The notes under the pieces are model-generated. The model searched no databases. It had not been told where the DNA came from and saw only the letters and a program-made list of their open reading frames with translations. Both the position numbers and the translations under genes were made by a program. Below, in pieces: positions 13,033 through 29,137 of a stretch of DNA of 64,000 nt (position 1 is its first letter; each line of letters starts with the position of its first letter). This stretch comes from the human T2T-CHM13v2.0 reference genome, Homo sapiens. The stretch lies in NCBI RefSeq assembly GCF_009914755.1, contig NC_060932.1. One strand, 5' to 3'.

Positions 13033-15330
13033 TGTTCCAGAGACAAATAAGTTGGAAAGTACTTCTTTACTAAGTACTTAGTAAATATCATCTTTTGTAT
13101 ATTTACCAAGCACATTTGCATACAAAAGACTCTGAGAAGTCTATACATAAAGAGGCCTCACTAATTGTATTACCCCAAATTATTGGACTGTACAATTTTC
13201 CCCATTCCTATACTACTTGACTCTGGCTTCTTCCTGTGACTCTATGTCTTCATTAATTCATTCAGCAAATTTGCATTGCCCAATACTGCTGGCCACCAAG
13301 GAGTATAACAAAGTCCCTATCTTCAGTAGCTCAGAGTCTACTGGGGAAGCAGATAAGTAAACAGTGGGTAAACAGGTCTGTGATATGAGCTATAATGGAT
13401 GTATTCATCAGGAGCTGGAAATCAGACATTGTATTCAGGAAAGTGGAATAGAAGTAGACTTGCACCAAGTTCTTCAGAATTGGAAATTGACCAGGCCAAT
13501 GGTCAAGCATAGGAGATTCCAGGCAACAAGAAGTACATGAAAGTCATTAAATATGAATAAGTGACAAGTCTGCCCTGATTAAGATACAGGGTTGAAAGAG
13601 GACACTAGAATGTGATGATATGAATGAAGCAGCAAGACAAGATCCTGAAGAACCCTATTTCTCATCTGGGTTTGTCCTTTGCTTTTTCAGAACTGATCCT
13701 TGGGTCAGGCCTGGCAGTTCTGGTTTGGCTTTTCATGCCCTCTTACCAGCAGCAGGGACAGGAGGCACACAAGATGATTCAGAATATGGGAAACTGGGTT
13801 CCAGAGTTGTAGGAGTTGGTCAGAATAGGAGGCGGCTGTAGATGCCACTGGAAAGTCCCCAAAGAATGAGTGCTCCTGATAACAAATTGTTTTTCTCTCT
13901 CAATGATTTTTGATATAACCAAATGATTCATGCTTTTCTACCTATAACACCCAGTACTGCTTCAGACACGGGTAGTGCAAGTGCGCTCACCACCACTCTG
14001 CTCTCTGCTTGAAAATTATTGTGTAAAATGGTTTCCCTAATAGAAACTGTTATTATTGACAAGTGGTAAAATGGTACCTCAGGTTCTTTTTCTCTCTCTA
14101 GATCCTGGCTGCATAATAATTTTCCTTTTGATTTTTTAAAATATTTTTTTCTCTCAGCTATGTATGTATGTATTTGTAAGCTTATAAGTGAGATAAAATA
14201 TTGTTCATAAATGTTGTTACATTTTCTCATGTCCAGCAAAAAGAAAACTCCCTAGCAAAATGATCTTAAAAATGGAAAACTCTACAAGTTATTTATTCCC
14301 TCATCTGTAAAACAGTAGGGCTGGGCTAGCTTGTCTCTGGGGTCCCTTCTAACATTAAGGTAATGTTCCTGGTTTCCATGGGAGTTGGACAAAATTGTGG
14401 ACAGCAGCTGTGAAAGATAATTGCCTCAGCAAGAAATTTGTCCCTCACAGACTCTGGGAAATGGTGAGCATGTATTGTATTTCATGTTATGACTGGAAGA
14501 TGTGAACAATAATTATGAGAACATCCATAGAATTTCCCCCGGGGTATAAAATACAGATAAAAATCTCATAATATTAACCTTTGATTGCTGATATTCATGA
14601 AGACTGGAACTCTCTACGGAGCTCCCTGAGATTGGGACTGTGCTACTTGTCATCTGGATCTACTTGTCTATGAGGATGCCCAGGCCTTGGCTGGCTTCCA
14701 ACAATCAATTCATTCATCCGTCTGACAAATATTTACTGGGCACCAGCCTTGTATAGGGCATTATTCTAGGGGCTAAGAAGAAGGATAAATAAGAGCTCAC
14801 AGTGTAGAGGGGAACTCAGATATGCAGTCCATTCAACAGACATACATTGGGTGCCTAGAATGTGCATGGCTCTTGACAAATAGGAATGAAATAAATGACA
14901 ACTTATGCATGTGCTCAAGCTCAAACTGATACATGGTTACTAATCCATGGTGTCTAGACTCAGAAGTTTCACAGAGGAGATAGCATAAAACAAGATTTTA
15001 AAGGAAGAGTTGGGGCTCACCAAGTGGCTAAGATGAAGGCCCTTCTATGAAGATGGAACAGCATCTCCCAAAGTACAGAGGCATAAAAAACGTGGTGTGG
15101 TTGAAGTAGTTGCGAGTGGTTGTGATGGTCGCAATATGGCTGAAGATAAGACTTGGAGGCTTGAAAGAGCCTCATATGCCGGTTCAGGAAATCTGGAGAG
15201 AAATAGGGACCCACAGAAAGATTTGGGCAGAATGCCTCAGTTGCTCGTTTGTAACACAGAACTAAAAAAGCCAACATTTATAGAAGTATTGTGAGCATCA
15301 ATAATAATAAGAATAGTTGGGGGGAGGAGC

Positions 15331-15341
15331 CAAGATGGCCG
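15331..15341 (+). promoter_or_regulatory. YY1 site of the L1 internal promoter
   Basis: caagatggccg at the canonical position near the L1 5' end. Confidence 0.8.
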
Positions 15342-15516
15342 AATAGGAACAGCTCCGGTCTACAGCTCCCAGCGTGAGTGACACAGAAGATGGGTGATTT
15401 CTGCATTTCCATCTGAGATACCGGGTTCATCTCACTAGGGAGTGCCAGACAGTGGGCGCAGGTCAGTGGGTGCACGCACCGTGTGCCAGCTGAAGCAGGG
15501 CGAGGCATTGCCTCAC

Positions 15517-15771
15517 TCAGGAAGCATAGGGGGTCAGGGAATTCCCTTTCCTAGTCAAAGAAAGGGGTGACAGACGGCACCTGGAAGAAAGGGTCACTCC
15601 CACCCGAATACTGCGCTTTTCCGAAGGGCTTAAAAAACGGTGCACCAGGAGATTGTGTCTCGCACCTGGCTCGGATGGTCCTCCGCCCACGGAGTCTCCC
15701 TGATTGCTAGCACAGGAGTCTGAGATCAAACTGCAAGGCGGCAGCGAGGCTGGGGGAGGGGCGCCCGCCAT
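15517..15771 (-). CDS. ORF0: L1 antisense ORF0 (84 aa)
   Basis: MAGAPPPASLPPCSLISD... is the primate L1 ORF0 N-terminus, antisense in the 5'UTR; expression not shown. Confidence 0.7.
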   Translation of the reverse strand: MAGAPPPASLPPCSLISDSCASNQGDSVGGGPSEPGARHNLLVHRFLSPSEKRSIRVGVTLSSRCRLSPLSLTRKGNSLTPYAS

Positions 15772-16230
15772 TGTCCAGGCTTGCTTAGGTAAACAAAGCA
15801 GCCTGGAAGCTAGAACTGGGTGGAGCCCACCTCAGCTCAAGGAGGCCTGCCTGCCTCTGTAGGCTCCACCTCTAGGGGCAGGGCACAGACAAACAAAAAG
15901 ACAGCAGTAACCTCTGCAGACTTAAGTGTCCCTGTCGGACAGCTTTGAAGAGAGCAGTGGTTCTCCCAGCATGCAGCTGGAGATCTGAGAACGGGCAGAC
16001 TGCCTCCTCAAGTGGGTCCCTGTCCCCTGACCCCTGAGCAGCCTAACTGGGAGGCACCCCCAGGCAGGGACAGACTGACACCTCACACGGCTGGCCGGGT
16101 ACTCCAACAGACCTGCAGCTGAGGGTCCTGTCTGTTAGAAGGAAAACTAACAAACAGAAAGGACATCCACACCAAAAACCCATCTGTACATCACCATCAT
16201 CAAAGACCAAAAGTAGATAAAACCACAAAG

Positions 16231-17247
16231 ATGGGGAAAAAACAGAGCAGAAAAACTGGAAACTCTAAAAAGCAGAGCGCCTCTCCTCCTCCAAAGGAAC
16301 GCAGTTCCTCACCAGCAATGGAACAAAGCTGGATGGAGAATGACTTTGACGAGCTGAGAGAAGAAGGCTTCAGACGATCAAATTACTCCGAGCTATGGGA
16401 GGACAGTCAAACCAAAGGCAAAGAAGTTGAAAACTTTGAAAAAAATTTAGAAGAATGTATAACTAGAATAACTAATACAGAGAAGTGCTTAAAGGAGCTG
16501 ATGGAGCTGAAAGCCAAGGCTCGAGAACTACATGAAGAATGCAGAAGCCTCAGGAGCCGACACGATCAACTGGAAGAAAGGGTATCAGCGATGGAAGATG
16601 AAGTGAATGAAATGAAGTGAGAAGGGAAGTTTAGAGAAAAAAGAATAAAAAGAAACGAGCAAAGCCTCCAAGAAATATGGGACTATGTGAAAAGACCAAA
16701 TCTACGTCTGATTGGTGTACCTGAAAGTGACGGGGAGAATGAAACCAAGTTGGAAAACACTCTGCAGGATATTAATCAGGAGAACTTCCCCAATCTAGCA
16801 AGGCAGGCCAACATTCAGATTCAGGAAATACAGAGAATGCCACAAAGATACTCCTCAAGAAGAGCAACTCCAAGACACATAATTGTCAGATTCACCAAAG
16901 TTGAAATGAAGGAAAAAATGTTAAGGGCAGCCAGAGAGAAAGGTCGGGTTACCCTCAAAGGGAAGCCCATCAGACTACCAGCGGATTTCTCGGCAGAAAC
17001 TCTACAAGCCAGAAGAGAGTGGGGGCCAATATTCAACATTCTCAAAGAAAAGAATTTTCAACCCAGAATTTCATATCCAGCCAAACTAAGCTTCATAAGT
17101 GAAGGAGAAATAAAATACTTTACAGACAAGCAAATGCTGAGAGATTTTGTCACCACCAGGCCTGCCCTAAAAGAGCTCCTGAAGGAAGCGCTAAACATGG
17201 AAAGGAACAACCGATACCAGCTGCTGCAAAATCATGCCAAAATGTAA
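16231..17247 (+). pseudogene. ORF1: L1 ORF1p (RNA-binding chaperone), disrupted
   Basis: MGKKQSRKTGNSKKQSASPPPKERSSSP...QNHAKM; premature TGA at 16618-16620 (CGA>TGA). Confidence 0.95.
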
Positions 17248-17294
17248 AGACCATCAAGACTAGGTAGAAACTGCATTGACTAACGGCAAAATAA

Positions 17295-21135
<3,841 letters not shown>

Positions 21136-21374
21136 ACAATGAGAACACATGGACACAGGAAGGGGAACATCACACTCTGGGGACTGTTGTGGGTTGAGGG
21201 GAGGGGTGAGGGATAGCATTGGGAGATATACCTAATGCTAGATGATGAGTTAGTGGGTGCAGCGCACCAGCATGGCACATTTATACATATGTAACTAACC
21301 TGCACATTGTGCACATGTACCCTAAAACTTACAGTATAATAATAATAATAAAGAAGAAAAAAAAAGAATAGTTA

Positions 21375-21830
21375 ATTTTTTTAATTTTTAATTTTTAATT
21401 TAATTTACATGAGATATTTTGATACATGCATAAGATGTGTAATAATCACATGAGGGTAAAAGGACATCCATCACCTCAAGCATTTATCCTTTGTGTTACT
21501 ATTTAATTATACTCTTTTAGTTATTTTTAAATGTATAGTTAAATTATTATTGACTATATTCACCCTGTTGTACTATCAAATATGAGATCTTATTTATTAT
21601 TTGTAACTGTTTTAACCACTAACTATCTCCACTACACCTCCTCACCACTATTATCCTTCCCCGTCTCTGGAACCCTCATCCTACTATCTCCATGCGTTCA
21701 ATTGTTTTAACTTTTAGCTCCCACAAGTGAATGAGAACATGCAATGTTTGTGTTTATATGCCTGGCTTATTCATTTAACATAATGTCCTCCAGTTCCATC
21801 CATGTTGTTGCACATGACATGATCTCATTA
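21375..21830 (-). mobile_element. L1MA-type 3' fragment
   Basis: catccatcacctcaagcatttatcc...tttagctcccacaagtgaatgagaacatgc antisense L1MA 3'UTR. Confidence 0.8.
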
Positions 21831-22135
21831 AAAATCATGAACATGGATTGAAGGCTGCCTGTAAACTAAATACTGCTTTTAACACTGTGCACACTTTATC
21901 TCATTTCAATGTTATGACACCCCAGGTCACAGATGAAGAAATGGAGGCACAGAGAACTTGAGCAACCCAATGTCACCAACTATTTAGTAGAAAAGTCAGG
22001 AATAGAATCCAGGCAGCCTGAATCCAGAATCCTGTCCTCTTTCATAGTTTGTTTTATTTTAAACTTTTAAAAGTTGAATAATACAACATTTGAAGAGAAG
22101 TGCACAAATTATAAATACGCATTCAATACATGATC

Positions 22136-22345
22136 ACAGGGGTCAGCAAAATATAGCCCACAGGAAAATTCCATCCTGCCACCTGATTTTGTAAATAAGG
22201 TTTTACTAGACTGCAATAATTCATTTATTAATTGTTGATGGCTGTTTTGGGGCTACAACAGAGTTCAGAAAGCCAGAGAAGAATGGCCCCCAAAGCCTGA
22301 ACTATTTGCTATCTGTTCTTCTTCCTAAAAAGTGTTGCCAATCTT
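22136..22345. mobile_element. MER58A-like hAT-Charlie element
   Basis: caggggtcagcaaaatatagcccac...gattttgtaaataaggttttact. Confidence 0.65.
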
Positions 22346-22520
22346 TGTGTTATCACATTGTGAGGGCAACTGGGAACCTATCATCCAGGTCAAAAAGTAG
22401 AGCATAACCAGTGTCCAGGAGCCCCTCCACTTACTTGCTTACTTCCAAACACTCTTCCTTCCCTCCAGCCCAAAGATCATCCCCACTTTGATTTCCAACA
22501 TGGTGGGTTTGTTTTGCCTA

Positions 22521-22848
22521 TTTTTTATTTTATTTTATTTTTATTTATTTATTTTTTATTATACTTTAAGTTTTAGGGTACATGTGCACATTGTGCAGGT
22601 TAGTTACATATGTATACATGTGCCGTGCTGGTGCACTGCACCCACTAACTCGTCATCTAGCATTAGGTATATCTCCCAATGCTATCCCTCCCCCCTCCCC
22701 CCACCCCACAACAGTCCCCAGAGTGTGATATTCCCCTTCCTGTGTCCATGTGATCTCACTGTTCAATTCCCACCTATGAGTGAGAATATGCGGTGTTTGG
22801 TTTTTTGTTCTTGCGATAGTTTACTGAGAATGATGATTTGCACACGTA
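22521..22848 (-). mobile_element. 5'-truncated L1PA2-like insertion with a very short 5' inversion
   Basis: polyT tail and antisense L1 3'UTR; TSD tgttttgcctatttt at ~22510 and ~22849; opposite-orientation L1 piece tgcacacgtatgttt at the 5' junction. Confidence 0.92.
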
Positions 22849-23098
22849 TGTTTTGCCTATTTTTGAACTTTATACAAATGCAATCACACAGTGTGTGAGT
22901 GCTTCCCTTTCAACTGCTGTGCTATGCTGAAGTGCTTAACTTAAGTCCACAAGAAATGGGAGGCCAATTTCCATTTTCTCTGACCACAGAGCAGGCAAGA
23001 ACCTAGAAGATCAGGCATGCTCGCTTCTTCTTGGAAGGGTACCTACAAGGTTCACTCTTTTCAGATTGCAAGTTGAATTAGGGTCCTCTGTGTCTATC

Positions 23099-23260
23099 TG
23101 TATTCATTTCCTGTTGATGTTGTAATAAATTCTCACAAGCTTAGTGTCTCAAACAATACAAATTTATTCTCTTAGAGTTCTGGAGGTCAGAAGTGTGAAA
23201 TAAGGATTGTGGGCTAAAACTGATGTGTTGGTGAAGTCATGTGTCTTCTGGAGGCTCCTT
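23099..23260. mobile_element. MLT1 (MaLR) LTR fragment
   Basis: aatttattctcttagagttctggaggtcagaagt MLT1 motif. Confidence 0.65.
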
Positions 23261-26079
23261 CATTCTCATTCTAGACTCTCCCTGTATGAACCCTCAATCT
23301 TGTAACTTAAATTACCATATTTATGCTGATAACCCCAAATCTCTTCCTGTGGTCTGCTCCCTCTTCTGAATTTCAGAAATGTATCTTTGACTCCTCAGTT
23401 GTGCATCTGGGATCTCCTGAACACCCTCCACACACCTCAGCCCCACCATCTCACATCATTACGCCTCCATCACCCACCCATCTCATTGATTGGCACCACT
23501 TTCTGCCTGGTTGCTAAAAACTAGAATCCTAGAAGTCTTTTTAGGGGGGTTTGGTTTTTTGTCTCCCATTCAATCATCAAATTAGACCACTAATCTCATT
23601 CTGTCCATTCTATATTGTTAATATTTTTTCAGTTTATCTTCTCCCCATTTCCATTGTCATTGTTCCTGGTTAGGCCTTCCCACTTTTTACCTAGCTTGTT
23701 CTACCTATAAGCCAGTCACAGCCTTGCCCCTTCCACATGGTAGCCCACATGGTCTTCCTTAAAGCAAAACCTGATTCTCTCTTTTCCCAACAAAAGAGTT
23801 AATTTTTCAAAGACTGGGTTTGTGCCTTGTTCACTATCATGCTTGCTATACCTAGCAAAGAGCCTGGTAACAGTGAGCTCTCAATAAATACATGTAATGA
23901 AATAGAGCTTTTACTTCTCTGCCTCTTTCTCACTCTCCTGTCTCTTCAGGCTTTCCTCCATTCTAAACCCTCCATCCTGTCCTAGGCTTCCTCTCTCTTT
24001 CTATCACCTGTGGGATTCAACATCATCTTTTTTCCAAGAGAACAGATCTCTGCCTTAATCACAGTGCTGGGTCCATAGCAGATTTCTGACATAGGTTGAT
24101 GAGTAAATGAATCCTCATATGAATAAATAAGTGGACTCATGAGGTTTACAGGGAACATTTCCCAGGAGACACAAACATGCTTAGCTGATTTGTCAATTCC
24201 ATTTGAATTGCGTATGGCAGAAAATGACAGCTGATTTTGGATGGAAGAGATTTGGAAAGCTGATGTGCTCTATTCCCCTGACTCCAGGAAACATTTCTCA
24301 AAGTGTGGAAAGTCCTGTGAGATGCTCTAGAAATCCAAAGAATATGTGCAATGATTCACCCTCTCTTGAGAACTGACAATGCACATTAACATGTTAAAGA
24401 CGAACAATGCTACAGTAAAAATACCTCTTCAACATTTACCCCAGTTTTTAGTTTTATTTGAGTCTTTCCCAAACCTGGGTACCATGGAGCTCTTGTCTTC
24501 CCAATGATATCTACTAACATTCTGAGATCCAGTGGCCCAACTGATAACACTTTGAGAAATGTTAGCCTAAGGAAACATTTGCTTTTTGTGTAATAACTTT
24601 TACAAGGTGAAGAAAATTTATTGCAATGAATATTCTTCCTGCTGTAAAAGATGATCATGTTCAGAAGAATCTTCACAATGACATTTTTTTTTCAAACCTG
24701 CCAGAGCAGAAGCAGATTTTAATATTCTCTTTGTCAAAGTAAGCCTTTCCTTTAGTTAGAGGGGTGGAAGAAAACTGAGGTAATTATATAGTGACGGGAA
24801 CATTTTTCCCCCCATTGAGCTCCAGTGTCAGTCTTCTCAAACAAAGGTGCCATTGAAATTGTGAATTATAAAGTTGATTTTTCTAACTTCTGGGCACCAG
24901 CTGGGCTCAGTAGGGAAGGGTCTCTGGTGTGGAGGAAAGCATTTTTAGCCAGAGATCCCTTACTGTGTCCTTCAAGGACTCTACACAGCTATTTTGCATG
25001 TCATTTGTCCATTTCACAAACATGTAGGGAACCTCTATTCTGATAGGTGCTGCCAATGCCCAGATTAACATAACCCACTTGTCACCTTTCCAAGTGAATA
25101 AGGATTTGAATAAACTCATATGCCACTCTTTCTTTTCATATTAATACATTTTAAAGTCACTCATTTTGTACCACACACACCATGTTATGTGCCTTGAAAG
25201 CTCTGATGAATTCTCATAGATACCTAGGAGGTGGTTAGCACAGCCATATCATATTTCAGGAAACTGAGGCTAAGGGACTTAGTCAGGAGGCACAGTTATT
25301 AAAGGATAATGTCAAAGTTTGAATCAAGGCATATCCATTCCATGGCTTATTGCTTTCACATTTGGACAGTGTGATGTCATTGGTAGAATGTTTGAAGATT
25401 GAAGGTTTGCTAAAAGTCAAGGTTGGGCTGTTTTGAAACAAACAGTCTCTAAGTCCTTTGTGCCTGCTTTTTGGTAGCTATCACACAGCTGCAGCAGCAG
25501 CAGAAAAACTTTTCCATTCTATCTTAGACTTCATGCAAATTCCCTCATAGCAACACTGGCTTGTGAAGAATTACATTTCCTGCTGCAGTGATTAGATAGG
25601 AGGACACATTTAAGTCCTATCAGCCAGAACTTAGCCCTGTGTTTTACTGGAAAGTTTGTTAATAAGCTTTTCATGCCAGCTTTCTCCCTCTTTGCATTGG
25701 GATAATAATTCAGGACACTCTGTTTTTCATTTACTTCCATCTACATTATTTCCTTTGAGATACCTAGTGCTCTATAGGCAAGACAGGTGGTATTATTCCC
25801 ATTTATGGGAGGCAGAACCAAGGACTAGAGAGACCTGGGAGCATGACTGAATGCCACACAAACTGCACCTCATAACCACCTTTATCCTAATACTTACAAA
25901 TGGTATGATCAATTTTTCTCTTGACCTCTTTTCTCTATGGCAGTGGGAATATCTTGAGGGCAGAAACTATGTTGTTCACTTGTATTTCCCTAGGATGTAA
26001 CAAGAAATCTAGAATATATCAATGTGTAGAAACATTCAAGAAGTTGATCCTTGAATGGTATCCGTGATTCTGATAACTC

Positions 26080-27155
26080 CTAAATTTTTGCCTGTAGTCT
26101 GAATGGAATGTGCTCTGGAAGCTCAGACTTTCATATCTAAGTGCCAGCTTCACATTTCCATATAAGCATCTTTGGCATCACAAGAATAATATGGTCAAAG
26201 TAGAACTCTGGATTTCCCTTTGCAAAACTGCTTTTCCTAGAGTTTGTCCATCCTAGCAAGTAGCTTCATAGTTTTTCGTGCCAGAAATCTGAGTTATCCT
26301 TGATTCTTTTTTTTCCCAACAACTTCCAGATCTACTGGATCACCAAGTCCTCTTGACTTTCCATTCAAAACACATCCAGAATTTTCCCTTTCTTCCAACT
26401 CCCTTCTTCCACTCCATTCTAAGCCACCACTTTCTCTTGCTTGAGCTACTGCAAGTATTGTTCTCACTGATCTCCTTTCTACTCTTGTCATCCTACAATC
26501 TTTTCTCCATGCAGTACTCAGAGTGAGCTTTTGAAATGGCAAATAAAACCAACTCACTCTCGTGTTTAAAACCCTTGGCCGGACTCTCTTTTCACTGGAA
26601 AAACAAAACAAAACAAACTCCAATTCCTTCTTTTTGGTTTGTGAAGCCCTCTGATTTTCTCCCAACACCCTGGTAGCTATAATTTACCTCTCTTGGTACT
26701 CTTCATGTTCCAGCCGTGGTAGCCTCCTTGATATTCCTTAGCCTTTCTGGGTTCACTCATGCCTAAGGGTCTTTGCGCTGGCTATTTCCTCCATCTGATG
26801 CCTCCTGTCCCTTCATCCTACTTACATGACTGGCTGCTTCTTGTCATTCAAATGTCAGCCTAAAGTGACCTCATTAGAGAGGCCATTGCTGACCACCCAG
26901 TTTCAGATAGCCGCATATCTACTCTATTAAATCATCTTACTTTAAGGCTCTCTTTGGACAGCACTTACCATAATCTGATATTCTTGTTTCCTTTGTCTAT
27001 TTCTCCCTCCACCAACCACCTGTCCACCTACTAGATTACACACCCCAAGAGACATCCTGACCCTCAGGAGACAGGGATCTTCCTGTCTTTTTCATTGTTA
27101 TGCCCCTTGTACAGTACCTAGGACACAGCATGGGCCCCACGAATATTTATGTAAT
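26080..27155 (+). mobile_element. L2 LINE 3' fragment
   Basis: Degenerate L2 sequence ending in caggagacagggatctt...cagtacctaggacacagc. Confidence 0.65.
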
Positions 27156-28431
27156 GGGTCTCAGAGGTGCCACTTTACACTGTAAAGCCATTGTTGGTAT
27201 TTTTAGCAGAGTAGATGGTCAAGGACTCAAAGGATGTTGTATAATTAATTTTTGAACAAACTGGGATGAGATACATTTTTATCTTTTATTTTTCAGATGA
27301 TGTAACTGACACATAGGTCAAGCAACTTGCTTAAGAGTGTAGAATCAAGTGATCAATTAAACTTGGAAGGTGAGGAAATAAATGAATCAAGCATAATTCA
27401 GATTTCTGGTATGAGAAACCACGGAGCTATTTTTTGAGATGAGAGAATGTAGAGAAAGCAGATTTGTAGGGGGTAAAACTTTCTTCTGCTTTGGGGTATT
27501 TATTCTCATAATGGCCAAGGATACACTCTTCGTCCTAGTAAAAGGGTCAGGATTTGAGCTTCTATCTTTGGACACTAAACATTATGCCGCCTTCCCCAAT
27601 AGTGTGCTGAACTTTCCCAGTTTTTTTCCTTCTCTGCAACGAGGGTGCTCCCTCTAAGTAATTTTCCATATAACTTAGAGAGGTGGTGGGTCATGCATTT
27701 CTGCAGTCTGGAGATAAGAAGGATAATATTCCAAATGGGAAGTGTAAGTGATACCCCGTAAAAGAAGGCCAAGAAGGGTGTTTGCTTTGTATTTCCATGG
27801 CTGATAAATGGGGCCTTTGAAGATTCTCAGGAAAATGTGAATTTCATGGTCAGAATGAGGAAGGGGGACTGCGCACAGGAAGAGCAACCTTCCCCTCCAC
27901 CCACGCTCAAGTCTGTGATAATAATGTTGCCCCCTGATGTGGACAGTTTCCAAAGAATTTCACATTGCTTCTCGCATGTGAACCTCACACCAACCTGCAA
28001 AATGGAACTTTTTATTCCTGATAAAATAAAGAGGAAACTAAGGATCTAGAGAAGTTGTTGTCCAAAGTCCTAGAGTTAGGAGTGAGCTGGGGCCGACATT
28101 CAAAGCCAGTCTTCCCGCTAGTGGTCCTGGTTCCACATACTGCTCTTTTCACAGAAACCTTGTGGCCACTCTTCTCAGGCCCTCGGCTGCTGACCATGTA
28201 CTTCTATCCTTTCTACTGATCTCTATATTGCACCCACCTCGGTTCTGGAGTTCACTTTCTTGCCAAAATGACTGCAACGTTGTTTATAATCCCCTAGGGC
28301 CCCTGTTGAAGAGCTACCTGTCAGTCAGCCATAGGGAAGGTTACTGAGAAAAAAAGTCAGTGGGAAGGGTCAAGGGAGGTGTGAGTTCCTTGGTGGTAGC
28401 ACTTATAACTCTGTGTCTTATGCTCAAAATT

Positions 28432-29137
28432 AGTGGTTCTTAAACTTTTAGGAATGCTGTGAAGAGCTTGTTAAAACCCAGTTTTTAATAAACATGCATG
28501 TGCATGTGTCTTTACAGTAGAATGATTTATAATCTTTTGGGTATATACCCAGTAATGGGATTGCTAGGTCAAATGATATTTCTGGTTCTAGATCCTTGAG
28601 GAATCACCACACTGACTGGATAAAGAAAATGTGGCACATATATACCATGGTATACCATGCAGTCATAAAAAATGGGTTCATTTCCTTTGCAGGGACATGG
28701 CTGAAGCTGGAAGCCATCATTCTCAGCAAACTCACACAGGAACAGAAAAACAAACACCATATGTTCTCACTCATGAGTGAGAGTTGAACAATGAGAACAT
28801 ATGGACACAAGGAGGGGAACGTCACACACCAGGGCCTTTTGGGGGTTGGGGGGAGGGACAGCATTAGGACAAATACCTAATGCATGTGGGGCTTAAAACC
28901 TAGATGACAGGTTGATGGCTGCAGCAAACCACCATGGCACATGTATACCTATGTAACAAACCTGCACGTTCTGCATATGTATCCCAGAACTTAAAGTAAA
29001 ATGATTTAAAAAAAAAAAACAGTTTTTGAAAACTGAGTTGCTGATTGAGTAGGTATCTGGTCTGGGGGCTGAGAATGTGTATTACCATATGATTCTACTG
29101 CTACTTGTCTGAGGCCTACTGAAAGTAAAACTGCTCT
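28432..29137. mobile_element. MER5A-like element interrupted by an L1
   Basis: agtggttcttaaacttt...agcttgttaaaac then ctgattgagtaggtatctgg...gagaatgtgtatt. Confidence 0.55.
28487..29019 (+). mobile_element. 5'-inverted L1PA7/PA8-like insertion
   Basis: Antisense ORF2 piece 28487-28614 joined through gact microhomology to a sense 3' end with polyA; TSD core cagttttt on both sides. Confidence 0.9.

Noticed and set aside
207-15300. Numerous 60-120 aa ORFs, here and across the window
   Set aside because: No recognisable domains, many non-ATG starts, overlap with MIR/L2/L1 relics; expected by chance
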